IMG/VR virus record: IMGVR_UViG_2737471839_000014
From: a virus
Lineage: Duplodnaviria > Heunggongvirae > Uroviricota > Caudoviricetes
Length of the DNA stretch: 24,071 nucleotides
Direction: 5' to 3' (one strand)
Under the pieces are notes generated by a model, which worked only from the letters and a program-made list of their open reading frames with translations, searched no databases and was not told the origin of the DNA. Made by a program: the position numbers and the translations under genes. How positions within the stretch are numbered: position 1 is the first letter of the stretch; each line of letters opens with the position of its first letter. Shown piece by piece: positions 8,589 to 19,157 of this stretch.

Positions 8589-10547
8589 TTACGCCGTACA
8601 TTTCACCAGACCGCGGTGATCAACTGGCGCGACACCGGCGTCAATACGCACTTTCGTTGTCACGCCATCCACACTGAAGCCCTCCATCTGATCAATATAT
8701 GGCGTATCCACACCGTTGAGATAAGCCACTTCAATCGTATCGGAGCCTTTTGACGCAGCCAGGTAGAAGGTGGTCTGGCTGTTATCATCAAGACGAGGCT
8801 CTGCAATAACGGTCGCAAAATCTTTCACCGGGTTAATAATACCGGCGTTAATGTCAGCCCCCTTGACACTTGAGGAGCGAATGACCTGGTTAGCAACAGA
8901 CTCCATCGCCGTCGGTACCAGTACGAACGCAGGACGAATATTCAGATGACGCTCCCCCTCTTTCTGAACGCGCATCAACTGGCGGGCTTTATCCAGCGAT
9001 GCCACGTCCATTGCAGCGCTCTCCAGTACGTTTGCATGTTTCGCTTTATCGAACAGACTTACATTATCTGTGGAGATTTTCGGGTTAGACGTCAGAATGG
9101 CATAAACCAGATCGGCAATAGTGGATTTCGCCGCACGGCCCAGTTTCATCGGGACATCGGTCAGCATATTCAGATCATCATTGATAATGGCCTGACGGGT
9201 GATACTGAACAGCTCGCCATAGGTCGCCAGTGCAATAGTGGCCTGTTTATCTCCGGTGGTGACGTATTTATATTCCGCCCCTTCACGCACCTGACGTAGA
9301 GCACTGAAGCCCCCCATACCCACACGATGGGCAATTTTAAAATCAGACAACTGACCTTTCCGCGTCCACTGTTCATAGGTTTCAGGGGCATCTTCCCAGC
9401 CCTGCAGAATGGCTTTGTTCGCAACATCCAGCAGAATATTACCGAAGTCAGACGTACTGTGTGTGAACGCCGCACCGACCATCTGCATCGGGTTATAACC
9501 GGAAACCCCAATACCCCGTTCAGTTAGTGACATACGGGCATATTCACGCAGGGTCATCCCGTTGTAGACATTATCACGTTCGGTTTTTTCAAATCCGGCA
9601 CGCGCCATCAGCGCCTGGCGAATCCCGTCCCCCACAAAATTACCGTTACCGGCATAAATATGAGCCGGGGTATTTTTATTGGATGGCGTGGACTCGCGCC
9701 CCATCTCGTTCAACAGCTTTTCACGGGCCTGCTCCAGCGAACATTCAGGATCGGCAAGACACTGGGCCTGCAGCGTCTGATAACGCCCGCCAAACATGGC
9801 AAACAGATCATTAATACCGTTTACACGCGCTTTTTGCTCTGCCAGTACCTGCGCACGGATACTGTTTTCATCCACCACGGGTGCTGCTGCCTGCACTGGC
9901 GTCCGGGAGGCTGCAGGTTCATCATCCTGTACGCGTGGAGCACTGTTGCGTGGCGGAGTAATCATGTTTCGAATGGATTCCGGCATCTTTTTAAATTCCT
10001 CTGTACGTTTTGACTGAATACATGCCATTGCCTTAACGGCTGGTGTCACCTGATCAGCAAATCCCTGTGCCAGACATTCGGCACCGGACATCCAGGTCTC
10101 ATCCGCCAGCATGGCAGCAATTTCATCGGTGGTTTTCCCGGTTTTCTGTGCATAAGCGGGTAACAGAACCGCCTCAACTTTATCGAGCAGGTCGGCATAG
10201 GTGCGCATGTCCTCCGCATCACCGCCCGTAAAGCCAAATGGTTTATGAATCATCATGAAGGAGTTTTCCGGCATAATGACCGGGTTTCCCACCATCGCAA
10301 TGACCGACGCCATTGACGCCGCCACACCGTCGACATAAACGGTAATGGACGCACCATGTGTTTTCAGTGCATTAAAAATGGCGATGCCTTCAAAGACATC
10401 GCCACCCGGTGAATTAATATGGAGATTAATGTGGGTGATATCGCCCAGTGCATTCAGATCACTGATAAACTGCTTCGCTGTAACACCCCAGAAACCAATC
10501 TCGTCATAAATATAAATATCCGCGTCACTCTGGTGACCTGCCTGCAT
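8589..10547 (-). CDS. ClpP-like prohead protease fused to HK97-fold major capsid protein
   Basis: single ORF; N-terminal region YIYDEIGFWGVTA...INSPGGDVFEG...MASVIAMVG has ClpP/S49-like protease motifs; long C-terminal region is capsid-like; ATG at 10547 is the first ATG after the portal stop; track ORF extends to 10808 in a frame overlapping portal. Confidence 0.8.
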   Translation of the reverse strand: MQAGHQSDADIYIYDEIGFWGVTAKQFISDLNALGDITHINLHINSPGGDVFEGIAIFNALKTHGASITVYVDGVAASMASVIAMVGNPVIMPENSFMMIHKPFGFTGGDAEDMRTYADLLDKVEAVLLPAYAQKTGKTTDEIAAMLADETWMSGAECLAQGFADQVTPAVKAMACIQSKRTEEFKKMPESIRNMITPPRNSAPRVQDDEPAASRTPVQAAAPVVDENSIRAQVLAEQKARVNGINDLFAMFGGRYQTLQAQCLADPECSLEQAREKLLNEMGRESTPSNKNTPAHIYAGNGNFVGDGIRQALMARAGFEKTERDNVYNGMTLREYARMSLTERGIGVSGYNPMQMVGAAFTHSTSDFGNILLDVANKAILQGWEDAPETYEQWTRKGQLSDFKIAHRVGMGGFSALRQVREGAEYKYVTTGDKQATIALATYGELFSITRQAIINDDLNMLTDVPMKLGRAAKSTIADLVYAILTSNPKISTDNVSLFDKAKHANVLESAAMDVASLDKARQLMRVQKEGERHLNIRPAFVLVPTAMESVANQVIRSSSVKGADINAGIINPVKDFATVIAEPRLDDNSQTTFYLAASKGSDTIEVAYLNGVDTPYIDQMEGFSVDGVTTKVRIDAGVAPVDHRGLVKCTA

Positions 10548-10560
10548 CCTGAACCAGGAA

Positions 10561-12069
10561 TTATTCTTCGGACTGGTCGTCGGTGTGCTGCGGCTCCTGT
10601 CGTTTCGTTGCGGCACTGCTGCCTCCTTTATCACTGGCCGGATCGGTATCAAATACCAGATCCAGCTTGCGGTTTTCATCAATTTCGGCCTTGCGCCGAC
10701 GTTTGACATCATCCGGATTACGACCACCTGCACGTACCCAGTCTGATTCTGTCGCCGCTCCACCACGAATCTGAATTTTCCAGGCCTCAGCCTCCTTAAC
10801 AGGGTCAATCCACGGCATCACCGGTCCGGAATACACCGCGGTATACAGTGAAGAACGATCAAGATCGCGGGGTAGCCTGATAACACCGGATGCCACAGCC
10901 TGTTTCAGCCAGGCACGATACATCGGGCGGGTGACGGCACCAATAAACCAGTCCTGCAGGATCAGGTAGCCATCAGTGGATTCAACCAGCTCCTGACGCT
11001 GGGCGCTGTAAGTGCCGTTATAGTTGCGTGCCGTACTGGAAAAACTCAGACGACTGCCCGCCGCCACGGCACGCAACTGACCATTACGAAAAGTTTCAAG
11101 GTTAGGATTGGGACGATCCGACTTCACCATTCCGATTTCTTCGCCGGGTTTCAGATCGTCGTAAATAATGCCTGGCTGAATGGTAAGCTCGCGTTCATTC
11201 TCCTTGCTGCCATTACCATCCGGTTCATAGCTCTGCCCGTCGCCTTTCCGGATGTACATCCCCAGAGCAGCGGCGATCCTTGCTGCAGTCAGCTCAGAAT
11301 CTTCATACTCTTTCAGGGCACTGAGGCGGATCAGCACACCGGACAACAAAGACGTCCCGCGCATCTGGTGCAGACGGCGAACAAATTTAAGATGCAGCAT
11401 TCGCTCTGCATCCACTTCTTTGGTTTCCATCTGCCGCCCGGATACGGGACGGCTTTTATACACCAGATATTTTTCGGGACGCCCCCAGTCATCAACAAAC
11501 ACGCCCTGATTCAGCCTGTTGCTCTCATCACTGGTCATGGGAATAAAGTCCGGCTCGAGCGCCTCCAGCCAGAAATGAACACCGGCAGAAGGCGTCAGGC
11601 TGTTTATGCGCCCGGAAACCATCTGGGCAAACACCTCACCATCGCGCAGCCAGGTACGCAGCATCAGACGTTCCAGCATCGGACGGGTAAACTGCCCGGT
11701 GACTTCCGGACTGACAGACCATTCACTCCATCGGGTGCGTATCTCCGCTGCCAGATCACGGGCAATGGCCCCATTGCGTAATACCGGATGTGGCTCGACA
11801 ATAATCCCGTTTTTCCCCACCACCCGTTCTTCCAGCTTGTCAAATACACCAATAACCAGATCGTGGTTGTTATCAAGGTAACGGGCCTGCTCACGTAACG
11901 ACACGGCCCCGTACTGGCTTAACTGGTCGGCAGTTCGGTTTTCCCGCCGGGCTTTGTGTGTCCGTGTCGTTTTTACGGCCTCATAAGCCTGGATCACCGC
12001 ACGGGAACGCAGCCTTGCCGCTTTCCATCCTGGTGAAAAAACGCCAATCACATCATCAAGAATTGCCAT
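10561..12069 (-). CDS. portal protein (lambda gpB family)
   Basis: about 502 aa; ATG at 12069 overlaps W stop; position between W and the protease-capsid gene; size and composition typical of lambda-family portal; track start at 12141 is a GTG. Confidence 0.85.
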   Translation of the reverse strand: MAILDDVIGVFSPGWKAARLRSRAVIQAYEAVKTTRTHKARRENRTADQLSQYGAVSLREQARYLDNNHDLVIGVFDKLEERVVGKNGIIVEPHPVLRNGAIARDLAAEIRTRWSEWSVSPEVTGQFTRPMLERLMLRTWLRDGEVFAQMVSGRINSLTPSAGVHFWLEALEPDFIPMTSDESNRLNQGVFVDDWGRPEKYLVYKSRPVSGRQMETKEVDAERMLHLKFVRRLHQMRGTSLLSGVLIRLSALKEYEDSELTAARIAAALGMYIRKGDGQSYEPDGNGSKENERELTIQPGIIYDDLKPGEEIGMVKSDRPNPNLETFRNGQLRAVAAGSRLSFSSTARNYNGTYSAQRQELVESTDGYLILQDWFIGAVTRPMYRAWLKQAVASGVIRLPRDLDRSSLYTAVYSGPVMPWIDPVKEAEAWKIQIRGGAATESDWVRAGGRNPDDVKRRRKAEIDENRKLDLVFDTDPASDKGGSSAATKRQEPQHTDDQSEE

Positions 12070-12281
12070 CAGAACCTCGCCAGCCGGTACCCGGGATGCC
12101 CCCGTCGTCGTGTAATCAGAGCCGCAAGGCGGCGCTCCCACTCCTGCCGTCCCTGCCGGATCTCAGATAAGTTTTCCATGGTCATCTGCTGACCATTAAA
12201 GGTGACGGATTTTCCGTCCAGCACCGCCATTTCAGCTTCCGTATAACGCTGAATCATGGCTTCGATATCATTCTGGTTCAT
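12069..12281 (-). CDS. head-tail joining protein (gpW-like)
   Basis: about 70 aa; ATG at 12281 overlaps terminase stop (ATGA) and follows GGAGG; C-terminal RRRGHPGY resembles lambda gpW RRRGPAGF; located between terminase and portal as in lambda. Confidence 0.65.
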   Translation of the reverse strand: MNQNDIEAMIQRYTEAEMAVLDGKSVTFNGQQMTMENLSEIRQGRQEWERRLAALITRRRGHPGYRLARF

Positions 12282-14380
12282 AACCATCCTCCGGAAGTCA
12301 GCCAGGGGTTAACATCGTCAGTTACTGTTTTCTTCCGTTTTTGTTTTTTAACAGGCGTGGATACCGGTTCCGGTGTGGGTGACGGTTCGGTACTGTCCGG
12401 GACACACTCCAGCCAGGTTTCCCGGCTCGCCCACTCCGGTGCATCCGGCCAGCGGATCTTTTCGTATCCATGCAGAATGACCAGAGCCTCGGCATACACC
12501 ATCAGGTCAAAAGCTTCGTTGGCACCGCGACCCGGCTTACTCCATTTCCCGTCACTGCTCCGCTCTTCATACGTCAGTTCGTCGTAAAACCAGCTCCCCA
12601 GCCAGTCAGGGAAATGCACATAGCCGGGACCTGGCGAGTCACGCCATAACGCGTTATTCACCCGGTCTTTCAGGGCATCCGTCTGAAGAAGCCAGAGCGG
12701 CACATCACCTGCGGCCTGCGCCCGGCGGCCCGTTCGTCCGGTGTTATCAGGGAATGTACGGCTGATCAGTTTTGCGCGCCGGATGCTGTCACCCTTAAAC
12801 AGGTAAATACGTTTACCAAGGCCATCACGACGGCAACGACGCCAGAATTTATAGGCATTATCAGTGACCCCGTCTTCACCGCCGGAGTCCACCGCCATTG
12901 CCATCAGTCGCATTTGTTGAGAAGGATCGGAGGCCAGCGGCCAGCTTTTATGAAAAACATCCGTCAGCAGGACATCCCAGTCTTCCGGATAGCTGGCCGG
13001 ATCAATTCGCTGGCTCTCCCCGTCGCTGTCACCGCGCAATGACTGCGTGATGTTGTAACGATCAATAATCCAGCGTTCGCCACGGCTGCCATAGCCCGTT
13101 ACCTGAACCACAAAACGGCGATGACGTCCCGCCTGCACATCCACTGTCGCCACAAGGAAATTAACGCCATCCGGCACACTGCGGGAAGGAACTGGCTCTG
13201 CCCGCTGCTCAAGCAATTCACTTTTTCGTTGCTCCATGCTGGCGCGGGGAAGATAAGGTAATCCCCAGTCGGTATTGATAACCGTCTTGAGTGTCTCTTC
13301 ACTTCCGGTTGTCTCGTATTCCTGTTCTGCAGTAAGCAGTTTGTAAACGAGTTGCGAGAGTGTCTGATAAGCAGCTGCCGGACCCTCCATCCAGAATGAC
13401 GCAATACGTGAACGCCGGGGATCACCATAACGACTGCCATCTGCATTGATGGATTCACCATCCCGTAACCAGACCCCACGTCCGTTCAGCTCGCGTTTTT
13501 GTTCAGGCAAAATCCGTCCTGAACAGGAAGGACACTGAATATAAGCCGCCTCACTTGCCAGCACAGGATCGGCAATATCACGGAAACCAGCAACCACATC
13601 GCCGCAGGGCTGAAAATACTCACCACAGTGTGGACAGGGCCAGTACCAGCGACGGCGATCGCCACGGTTATAGAGCGACAGGATCCCCGTGGTTGGTGGA
13701 GCCTCATGCGGTGAAGTCCGTCGCCATTTCACATCCTTCACATCCCTGCCGGGGGAACTCTCCACCAGCGTCATACCACTGGACATAAATGTGGTGGTAC
13801 GTTTTGAGGCAAGAGAGAAGGCATCCCCCTCACCATCAATATCTTCCGGAAAACGGTCATAATCCGTCAGCGCCACGCATTTATAATCTGATGAAGACAT
13901 GATATTGACTGACGGCCAGCCGATTTTCAGGTAGTTGCCAGCAAGGAATGTTCTGTCATAAACGTTGTTGTCATTTTTGTTCGGACTCAGGCGACTGACC
14001 ACTTCCGGGCTGACGCGAAACGTTCTGGCGAGTCGTTTTTTGGAGTGTTCGCGGGCTTTTTCCTCCGTCATCTGAATGATCAGCATATCAGCAGGATCGC
14101 AAATCACGTTGTAAATCACCCAGCCGTCAATCAGGCCGATAGTCTTGCCGGTTCGTGCCGGGCCAACAAATATCACTGCGTCGTATTCACGCGAGGCCAG
14201 GCAGTTCATAGGCTCAATAACATACGGTGCCACCAGCGGATCCCACGGGACTGAGTTCCCTGCCCCCATAGGCACCCGCATATACTGAGCAACGGCATCA
14301 GCAACCCGCATTCGTCTCGGTGCGCGAAGGATATAACCTGAATCGGTTCGTGCTGCCTTTGCGGTTTCCTGATTCAGCAT
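12278..14380 (-). CDS. terminase large subunit (lambda gpA family)
   Basis: 700 aa; Walker A FVGPARTGKT; ATG at 14380 preceded by AGGAGG and overlapping the small subunit stop (TAATG). Confidence 0.9.
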   Translation of the reverse strand: MLNQETAKAARTDSGYILRAPRRMRVADAVAQYMRVPMGAGNSVPWDPLVAPYVIEPMNCLASREYDAVIFVGPARTGKTIGLIDGWVIYNVICDPADMLIIQMTEEKAREHSKKRLARTFRVSPEVVSRLSPNKNDNNVYDRTFLAGNYLKIGWPSVNIMSSSDYKCVALTDYDRFPEDIDGEGDAFSLASKRTTTFMSSGMTLVESSPGRDVKDVKWRRTSPHEAPPTTGILSLYNRGDRRRWYWPCPHCGEYFQPCGDVVAGFRDIADPVLASEAAYIQCPSCSGRILPEQKRELNGRGVWLRDGESINADGSRYGDPRRSRIASFWMEGPAAAYQTLSQLVYKLLTAEQEYETTGSEETLKTVINTDWGLPYLPRASMEQRKSELLEQRAEPVPSRSVPDGVNFLVATVDVQAGRHRRFVVQVTGYGSRGERWIIDRYNITQSLRGDSDGESQRIDPASYPEDWDVLLTDVFHKSWPLASDPSQQMRLMAMAVDSGGEDGVTDNAYKFWRRCRRDGLGKRIYLFKGDSIRRAKLISRTFPDNTGRTGRRAQAAGDVPLWLLQTDALKDRVNNALWRDSPGPGYVHFPDWLGSWFYDELTYEERSSDGKWSKPGRGANEAFDLMVYAEALVILHGYEKIRWPDAPEWASRETWLECVPDSTEPSPTPEPVSTPVKKQKRKKTVTDDVNPWLTSGGWL

Positions 14381-14874
14381 TACTCCTCCTGCTGTAATTC
14401 CTCCTCATCATCCGCACCTGCTTCAGTCACCCGCAGGGCTATCTGATCGCGCAGATCATCAATAATGGACTGAACACGGCTCACAGCGGCAGGCTGCAGA
14501 CCGCAGTCACGTTCAAGAATATCCGGTAATGTCTCCAGCACCTGCACGACCGCTTTTGCCCAGATGGCAAACTCCCGTCTGACATCACTGGCCGGAATGA
14601 GTTGTGCCGTTTCCTGTTCGAACTTAAGACGCTCACGTTCAGACTGATACCAGGCTTTGCGCTCATGCGCGTCCATTTCGCCTTCTGCAACCGGCGGTGG
14701 TAATGCCAGAAATGCCGACACAATATCAACCACCCGATAAAGCTTGAGGTTGCTTTCATGCCCCCCTGCAACGGGTAGATTTTGCAGCCTTGCCGCAGCA
14801 GTCTGGCGATGTACACCTGACAATGCCGCCAGTTGACTGATATTCAGCGTCAGATTTTTTAACTCTCGATCCAT
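14380..14874 (-). CDS. terminase small subunit (Nu1-like)
   Basis: 164 aa; N-terminal HTH-like LTLNISQLAALSGVHRQTAAARLQNLPV resembles lambda Nu1 N-terminus; acidic C-terminus; ATG at 14874 with GGAG SD; about 185 nt downstream of candidate cos. Confidence 0.75.
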   Translation of the reverse strand: MDRELKNLTLNISQLAALSGVHRQTAAARLQNLPVAGGHESNLKLYRVVDIVSAFLALPPPVAEGEMDAHERKAWYQSERERLKFEQETAQLIPASDVRREFAIWAKAVVQVLETLPDILERDCGLQPAAVSRVQSIIDDLRDQIALRVTEAGADDEEELQQEE

Positions 14875-15037
14875 ACCCGCTCCAGAATGTTTTAAACATG
14901 CATCTTGCGAACAACTTTAGGCAAACGGTGTTAGTGATGAACAAAAAACAATCAGAATCGACACCATAAAAATAAAACCACTGTAATATCAATCAATTAC
15001 AGTAGTGGTGATGACGAATAAAATTTCAAAAACTAGC

Positions 15038-15072
15038 CTTTTTCCGCGACGCTCCCGCCCCGTGGTAGGGAC
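15038..15072 (-). other. candidate cohesive end site (cosN-like)
   Basis: minus strand reads ACCACGGGGCGGGAGCGTCGCGGAAAAAGG, close to recalled lambda cosN TTACGGGGCGGCGACCTCGCGGGTTTTCGC; distance to the Nu1-like start is about 185 nt as in lambda. Confidence 0.4.
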
Positions 15073-15426
15073 CCCCACTGGGAGGACCCGACAGCCTGAC
15101 AACCGTTACGAGCATCTGAAACAGAGCTTTACATAATGGCATGGGGATAATTCAGAAGGACATCACAGCATGCCCACACAAATTAGTGTGAGTGTCCTGT
15201 TTCTTACTACGCGCAGGACTGACGAGCATGAGGGGAAAATACGCGAACCGAAATGCCTTATCTTCAGAAATGCAGCCGGCATCCGAACTGGACGATATTG
15301 TAAATTCACCTAAATACGAGGCATTGCTGTAGTTGAATTGCAGTACTGTATTAGCCTTACAGTGACAGAATACGATATTGACTCTGTCACTTGTGAAATG
15401 GTCAGAATGGTTAGCAGTTATGGTGA

Positions 15427-15633
15427 TCAGTCAACCACCAGGGAATAATCCTTCGTATTCTTATCGTGCTTTACTAACGCGGCCTCAATTGCCCTGAATG
15501 CTTCCAGAGATACTTGATGTTCTATACATGCAATTACAACATCCGGGTAACCCATCGAAATGGTGCTATTAAGCATAGTTTTTACACGAACCTGCTCCTG
15601 GGAGGGGGCATCAGTGTATTGATCTTTATGCAT
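15427..15633 (-). CDS. hypothetical protein (moron between lysis genes and cos)
   Basis: 68 aa ORF; ATG at 15633 preceded by GGAG at good spacing; no recognised domain. Confidence 0.45.
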   Translation of the reverse strand: MHKDQYTDAPSQEQVRVKTMLNSTISMGYPDVVIACIEHQVSLEAFRAIEAALVKHDKNTKDYSLVVD

Positions 15634-15840
15634 TTTGTCGCTCCATTCGTTTGCTCTTCACTTGCGGCTAAAAATATAACGTCAAATCACTCAGCATGAA
15701 AGAGTGAAAGTTTCAGCGCGTTTCCCTTACATAATCTGTCGTTTGTATTCTCTTCAGGCATACCGGAAAGACTAGGTATTGTCACACAACCAATACCATC
15801 GACAATCGAGATTTATATCTATTCGGTAATGTTTAAATAT

Positions 15841-15863
15841 AACAAAACCCCGTAAAAACGAGG
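15841..15863 (-). terminator. putative intrinsic terminator downstream of gnsB-like ORF
   Basis: minus strand CCTCGTTTTTACGGGG followed by TTTTGTTATATTT. Confidence 0.4.
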
Positions 15864-15928
15864 TTTATGGGTAATTTGTATTGTTGAATAGCATCTGATG
15901 AGAAATTGATGCTAATACTATAAACATG

Positions 15929-16101
15929 CTAGATTAAATCAATCTTGATATCATAGCTTTCAAGACCAGTCATTTTTTCCCGTGCAGTAAACTGGATACT
16001 GGTAACTTCTTTCCCGGTCTTTTTCTTAAGCTCAATGATTTTTTTTGTTATATATTCAGAAATATCTGCTTCTGTTTTTGTTTTTAACTCTTCAATGTTC
16101 A
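15929..16101 (-). pseudogene. gnsB-like small protein gene, apparently frameshifted
   Basis: ATGATG at 16104/16101 after GAGGAA; reads MNIEELK, hits stop after 17 codons; a second frame continues KTKTEADISEYITKKIIELKKKTGKEVTSIQFTAREKMTGLESYDIKIDLI to TAG at 15929; one extra A in the A4 run would give an intact 57 aa GnsA/GnsB-like protein (family assignment from memory). Confidence 0.4.
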
Positions 16102-16274
16102 TCATTTCCTCTTTTAGTCTGTTATGACTGTCCTAGTACACAGTAGTGTCAATTATATGGAGCAAACGTATAAAAGATAAGATGAAACATCGCAATAATC
16201 AACATACGACGGTCTAAATTTCACACAAACAGATAAAGATGATTATCATTTATTATCAATGCATTAGAATCAAA

Positions 16275-16466
16275 TCAATTCAAGAGTCTCATTGCTGCTT
16301 CCAGAATTTCTTCTGAAGTTACATGTCGATCCGCTGCTACATAAATGACTTTATGATCTCCGGTCAGAGATGGAAACCCTGCAGCCATTACAGTGAGGTG
16401 TGTTGTTTCGCCATTTGGATATTCACGCATGATGGTGTTAACTCCGGTCATCACTGGCACTACCAT
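16275..16466 (-). CDS. hypothetical protein
   Basis: 63 aa ORF, ATG at 16466 but no obvious SD; no recognised domain. Confidence 0.35.
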   Translation of the reverse strand: MVVPVMTGVNTIMREYPNGETTHLTVMAAGFPSLTGDHKVIYVAADRHVTSEEILEAAMRLLN

Positions 16467-16546
16467 TGCTGGTTCAGAGTTAAAAAAACTATTATTTTTT
16501 TCATAATGTTACCGTAATATGTGAGTATCCATCGACTAGACACTAA

Positions 16547-16569
16547 GCAAAAAAGCTCCCGAAGGAGCC
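16547..16569 (-). terminator. putative intrinsic terminator
   Basis: minus strand GGCTCCTTCGGGAGC followed by TTTTTTGC; about 200 nt downstream of the csp stop. Confidence 0.45.
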
Positions 16570-16775
16570 TTCATTTTCACTTTCTTAAATCTAACGACAG
16601 ATGGCTAACATTTAAGTATTGTGAAATATTATCAAATGTAATCATCATTGATTTACAAAAGATACATTTTGCCCCGAAAGGATTTCTGTCAGAAACATCA
16701 AAAGATGATGTTCTATACTGAGAACCATGGCAACACGGGCATCTAAAGTGAATATGGTTTGTAATATTTTCTACC

Positions 16776-16988
16776 TCAAAGTGCCACTACATGAACAGCT
16801 GCAGGGCCTTTAGGTCCGTTCTCAATACCAAATTCGACTTCCTGATTCTCAGTTAACGTTTTGAAATCGTTGCTCTGAATAGCTGAGAAATGCACAAACA
16901 CATCTTTGCTACCATCTTTCGGCGTGATGAAACCAAAACCTTTTTCAGGGTTAAACCATTTCACTAAACCAGTCATTTTGTTAGACAT
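16776..16988 (-). CDS. cspI: cold-shock protein, CspA family (CspI-like)
   Basis: 70 aa [38 protein letters not shown]... with canonical cold-shock domain motifs (RNP1-like KGFGFI, VFVHF); ATGATG start at 16991/16988; long AT-rich 5' leader typical of csp genes. Confidence 0.85.
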   Translation of the reverse strand: MSNKMTGLVKWFNPEKGFGFITPKDGSKDVFVHFSAIQSNDFKTLTENQEVEFGIENGPKGPAAVHVVAL

Positions 16989-17351
16989 CATTATTACCTT
17001 TTGAAGAAGTTAGCCCTTGGGCAGAATGGTCCGAAAAAAAATATCAGAGAGAAAAACCAACAAGGAAATCTCAAGAGGTACAAATAATAAAATTATAACA
17101 ATGACTGCTTCAGATAATTTTGTAACAAACCAGAACACCATTAACGCATGATTAACCAACCATAGCAAGGATTACTTTTGTAAAGAAAAACACACGAATG
17201 AAACAATAGCTTTATTTATTAATAAAACGTGTCATTCTGTCTAATGACCTTTTATCTTACCCTTAAGATTTCAAGGATTTTGACTCATGGAAGAGTCCTT
17301 TTTATTTAAATTTCACATTCAGCGCTAAAAATAATCCGATTTAATATTAAT

Positions 17352-18374
<1,023 letters not shown>

Positions 18375-18378
<4 letters not shown>

Positions 18379-18686
18379 AGATATTTATGATGAGGACGCT
18401 CGTGCTTATTGGCAGGATTTTCAATCTTAAAGGAGTACTGATGCTGCAGATAAGACTCAACTTTTTCTGACAATTTTTCTGCTACTTCCAGGAAGACTTG
18501 CCGGACGCTCATTCTGGCTGCTGCCTCATAAAACTCCAGCGCAGCTCCTTCAACACGGTCCATGGCGACATCCAGGCCAAAAATTTCACCGTCAAAGCGT
18601 TCTTTGTCCCGTAACGCTAAAGTTACCGTAACTTTATTCTCAAAATTGCGGATCCCTTTCACAATCAGTTCATATTTTTGAGTCAT
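18375..18686 (-). CDS. YdfR-like protein (unknown function) between holin and endolysin
   Basis: 103 aa soluble ORF, ATG at 18686 with GGGAGAG SD; same size and position as ydfR of E. coli K-12 Qin (between essQ and rrrQ); identity by synteny and length only. Confidence 0.6.
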
Positions 18687-18690
18687 TGAA

Positions 18691-18906
18691 TTACTCTCCC
18701 CGTGCAGCCTTACGCTTGTCTTCTTTAATCTTGAAATAAAGGTTTGTCAGGTACGTCAGCAGGCCAAATACCAGGCTACCCAGCACACCTATTGCTGCCC
18801 ACTGTGAGGGCGTGACTTTATCGAGCAGCTGTAAAAACCAGTAGCCAGCACTGCCTGCGGAGGTGCCGTAGGCAATGCCTGTTGAAATTTTGTCCATGGA
18901 TTTCAT
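18691..18906 (-). CDS. class II holin (phage 21 S21-like pinholin) with dual-start motif
   Basis: [71 protein letters not shown] closely matches recalled S21; Met-Lys-Ser-Met dual start (ATG at 18906 and 18897); GGAGGTGA SD; track ORF extended upstream in frame. Confidence 0.85.
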   Translation of the reverse strand: MKSMDKISTGIAYGTSAGSAGYWFLQLLDKVTPSQWAAIGVLGSLVFGLLTYLTNLYFKIKEDKRKAARGE

Positions 18907-19007
18907 AGCCTCACCTCCGCACGGAACGGATGGCATAGTTATTATGTGTAAGCTTCCAGACACATCAATCAGAGCCTTAATTGATATATATGCTGGAGAC
19001 GATGCAA

Positions 19008-19032
19008 TATAAAAAGCTCGCCGTAGCGAGCT
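19008..19032 (-). terminator. intrinsic terminator downstream of lipoprotein pair
   Basis: minus strand AGCTCGCTACGGCGAGCT (7-bp stem) followed by TTTTTAT; between lipoprotein 2 stop and holin start. Confidence 0.5.
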
Positions 19033-19157
19033 AATAAAATGTATTTCTCTGATATTATGTTTATTTGTATTAGCTCAGACTTGACATCACAGGTTTCGTA
19101 TATAGAACATCATCAAATCTGTCAGTTTGCTATGAATGAGATATAGTAATTGAAGAG

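Noticed and set aside
14481-14992. Minus-strand ORFs 14481..14816 and 14756..14992 overlapping the terminase small-subunit gene and its upstream region
   Set aside because: Alternative-frame overlaps of a well-supported gene with implausible Cys/Arg-rich translations and no SD
15366-15394. Perfect 8-bp inverted repeat GTGACAGA ... TCTGTCAC with 13-nt spacer just downstream of the 68 aa ORF
   Set aside because: Not followed by a U-run on either strand, so not a terminator; could be a protein-binding site but there is nothing to anchor an assignment
17282-17307. Plus-strand hairpin GACTC-ATGGAA-GAGTC followed by CTTTTTATTT, resembling an intrinsic terminator
   Set aside because: No plus-strand gene upstream for it to terminate; lies in the 5' leader region of the minus-strand csp gene and may be leader structure
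18941-18968. Sigma70-like promoter (TTGATG, 16-17 nt spacer, CATAAT) on the minus strand upstream of the holin
   Set aside because: Plausible late-promoter candidate but hexamer matches of this quality are common in AT-rich DNA; not reported as a feature without transcript mapping
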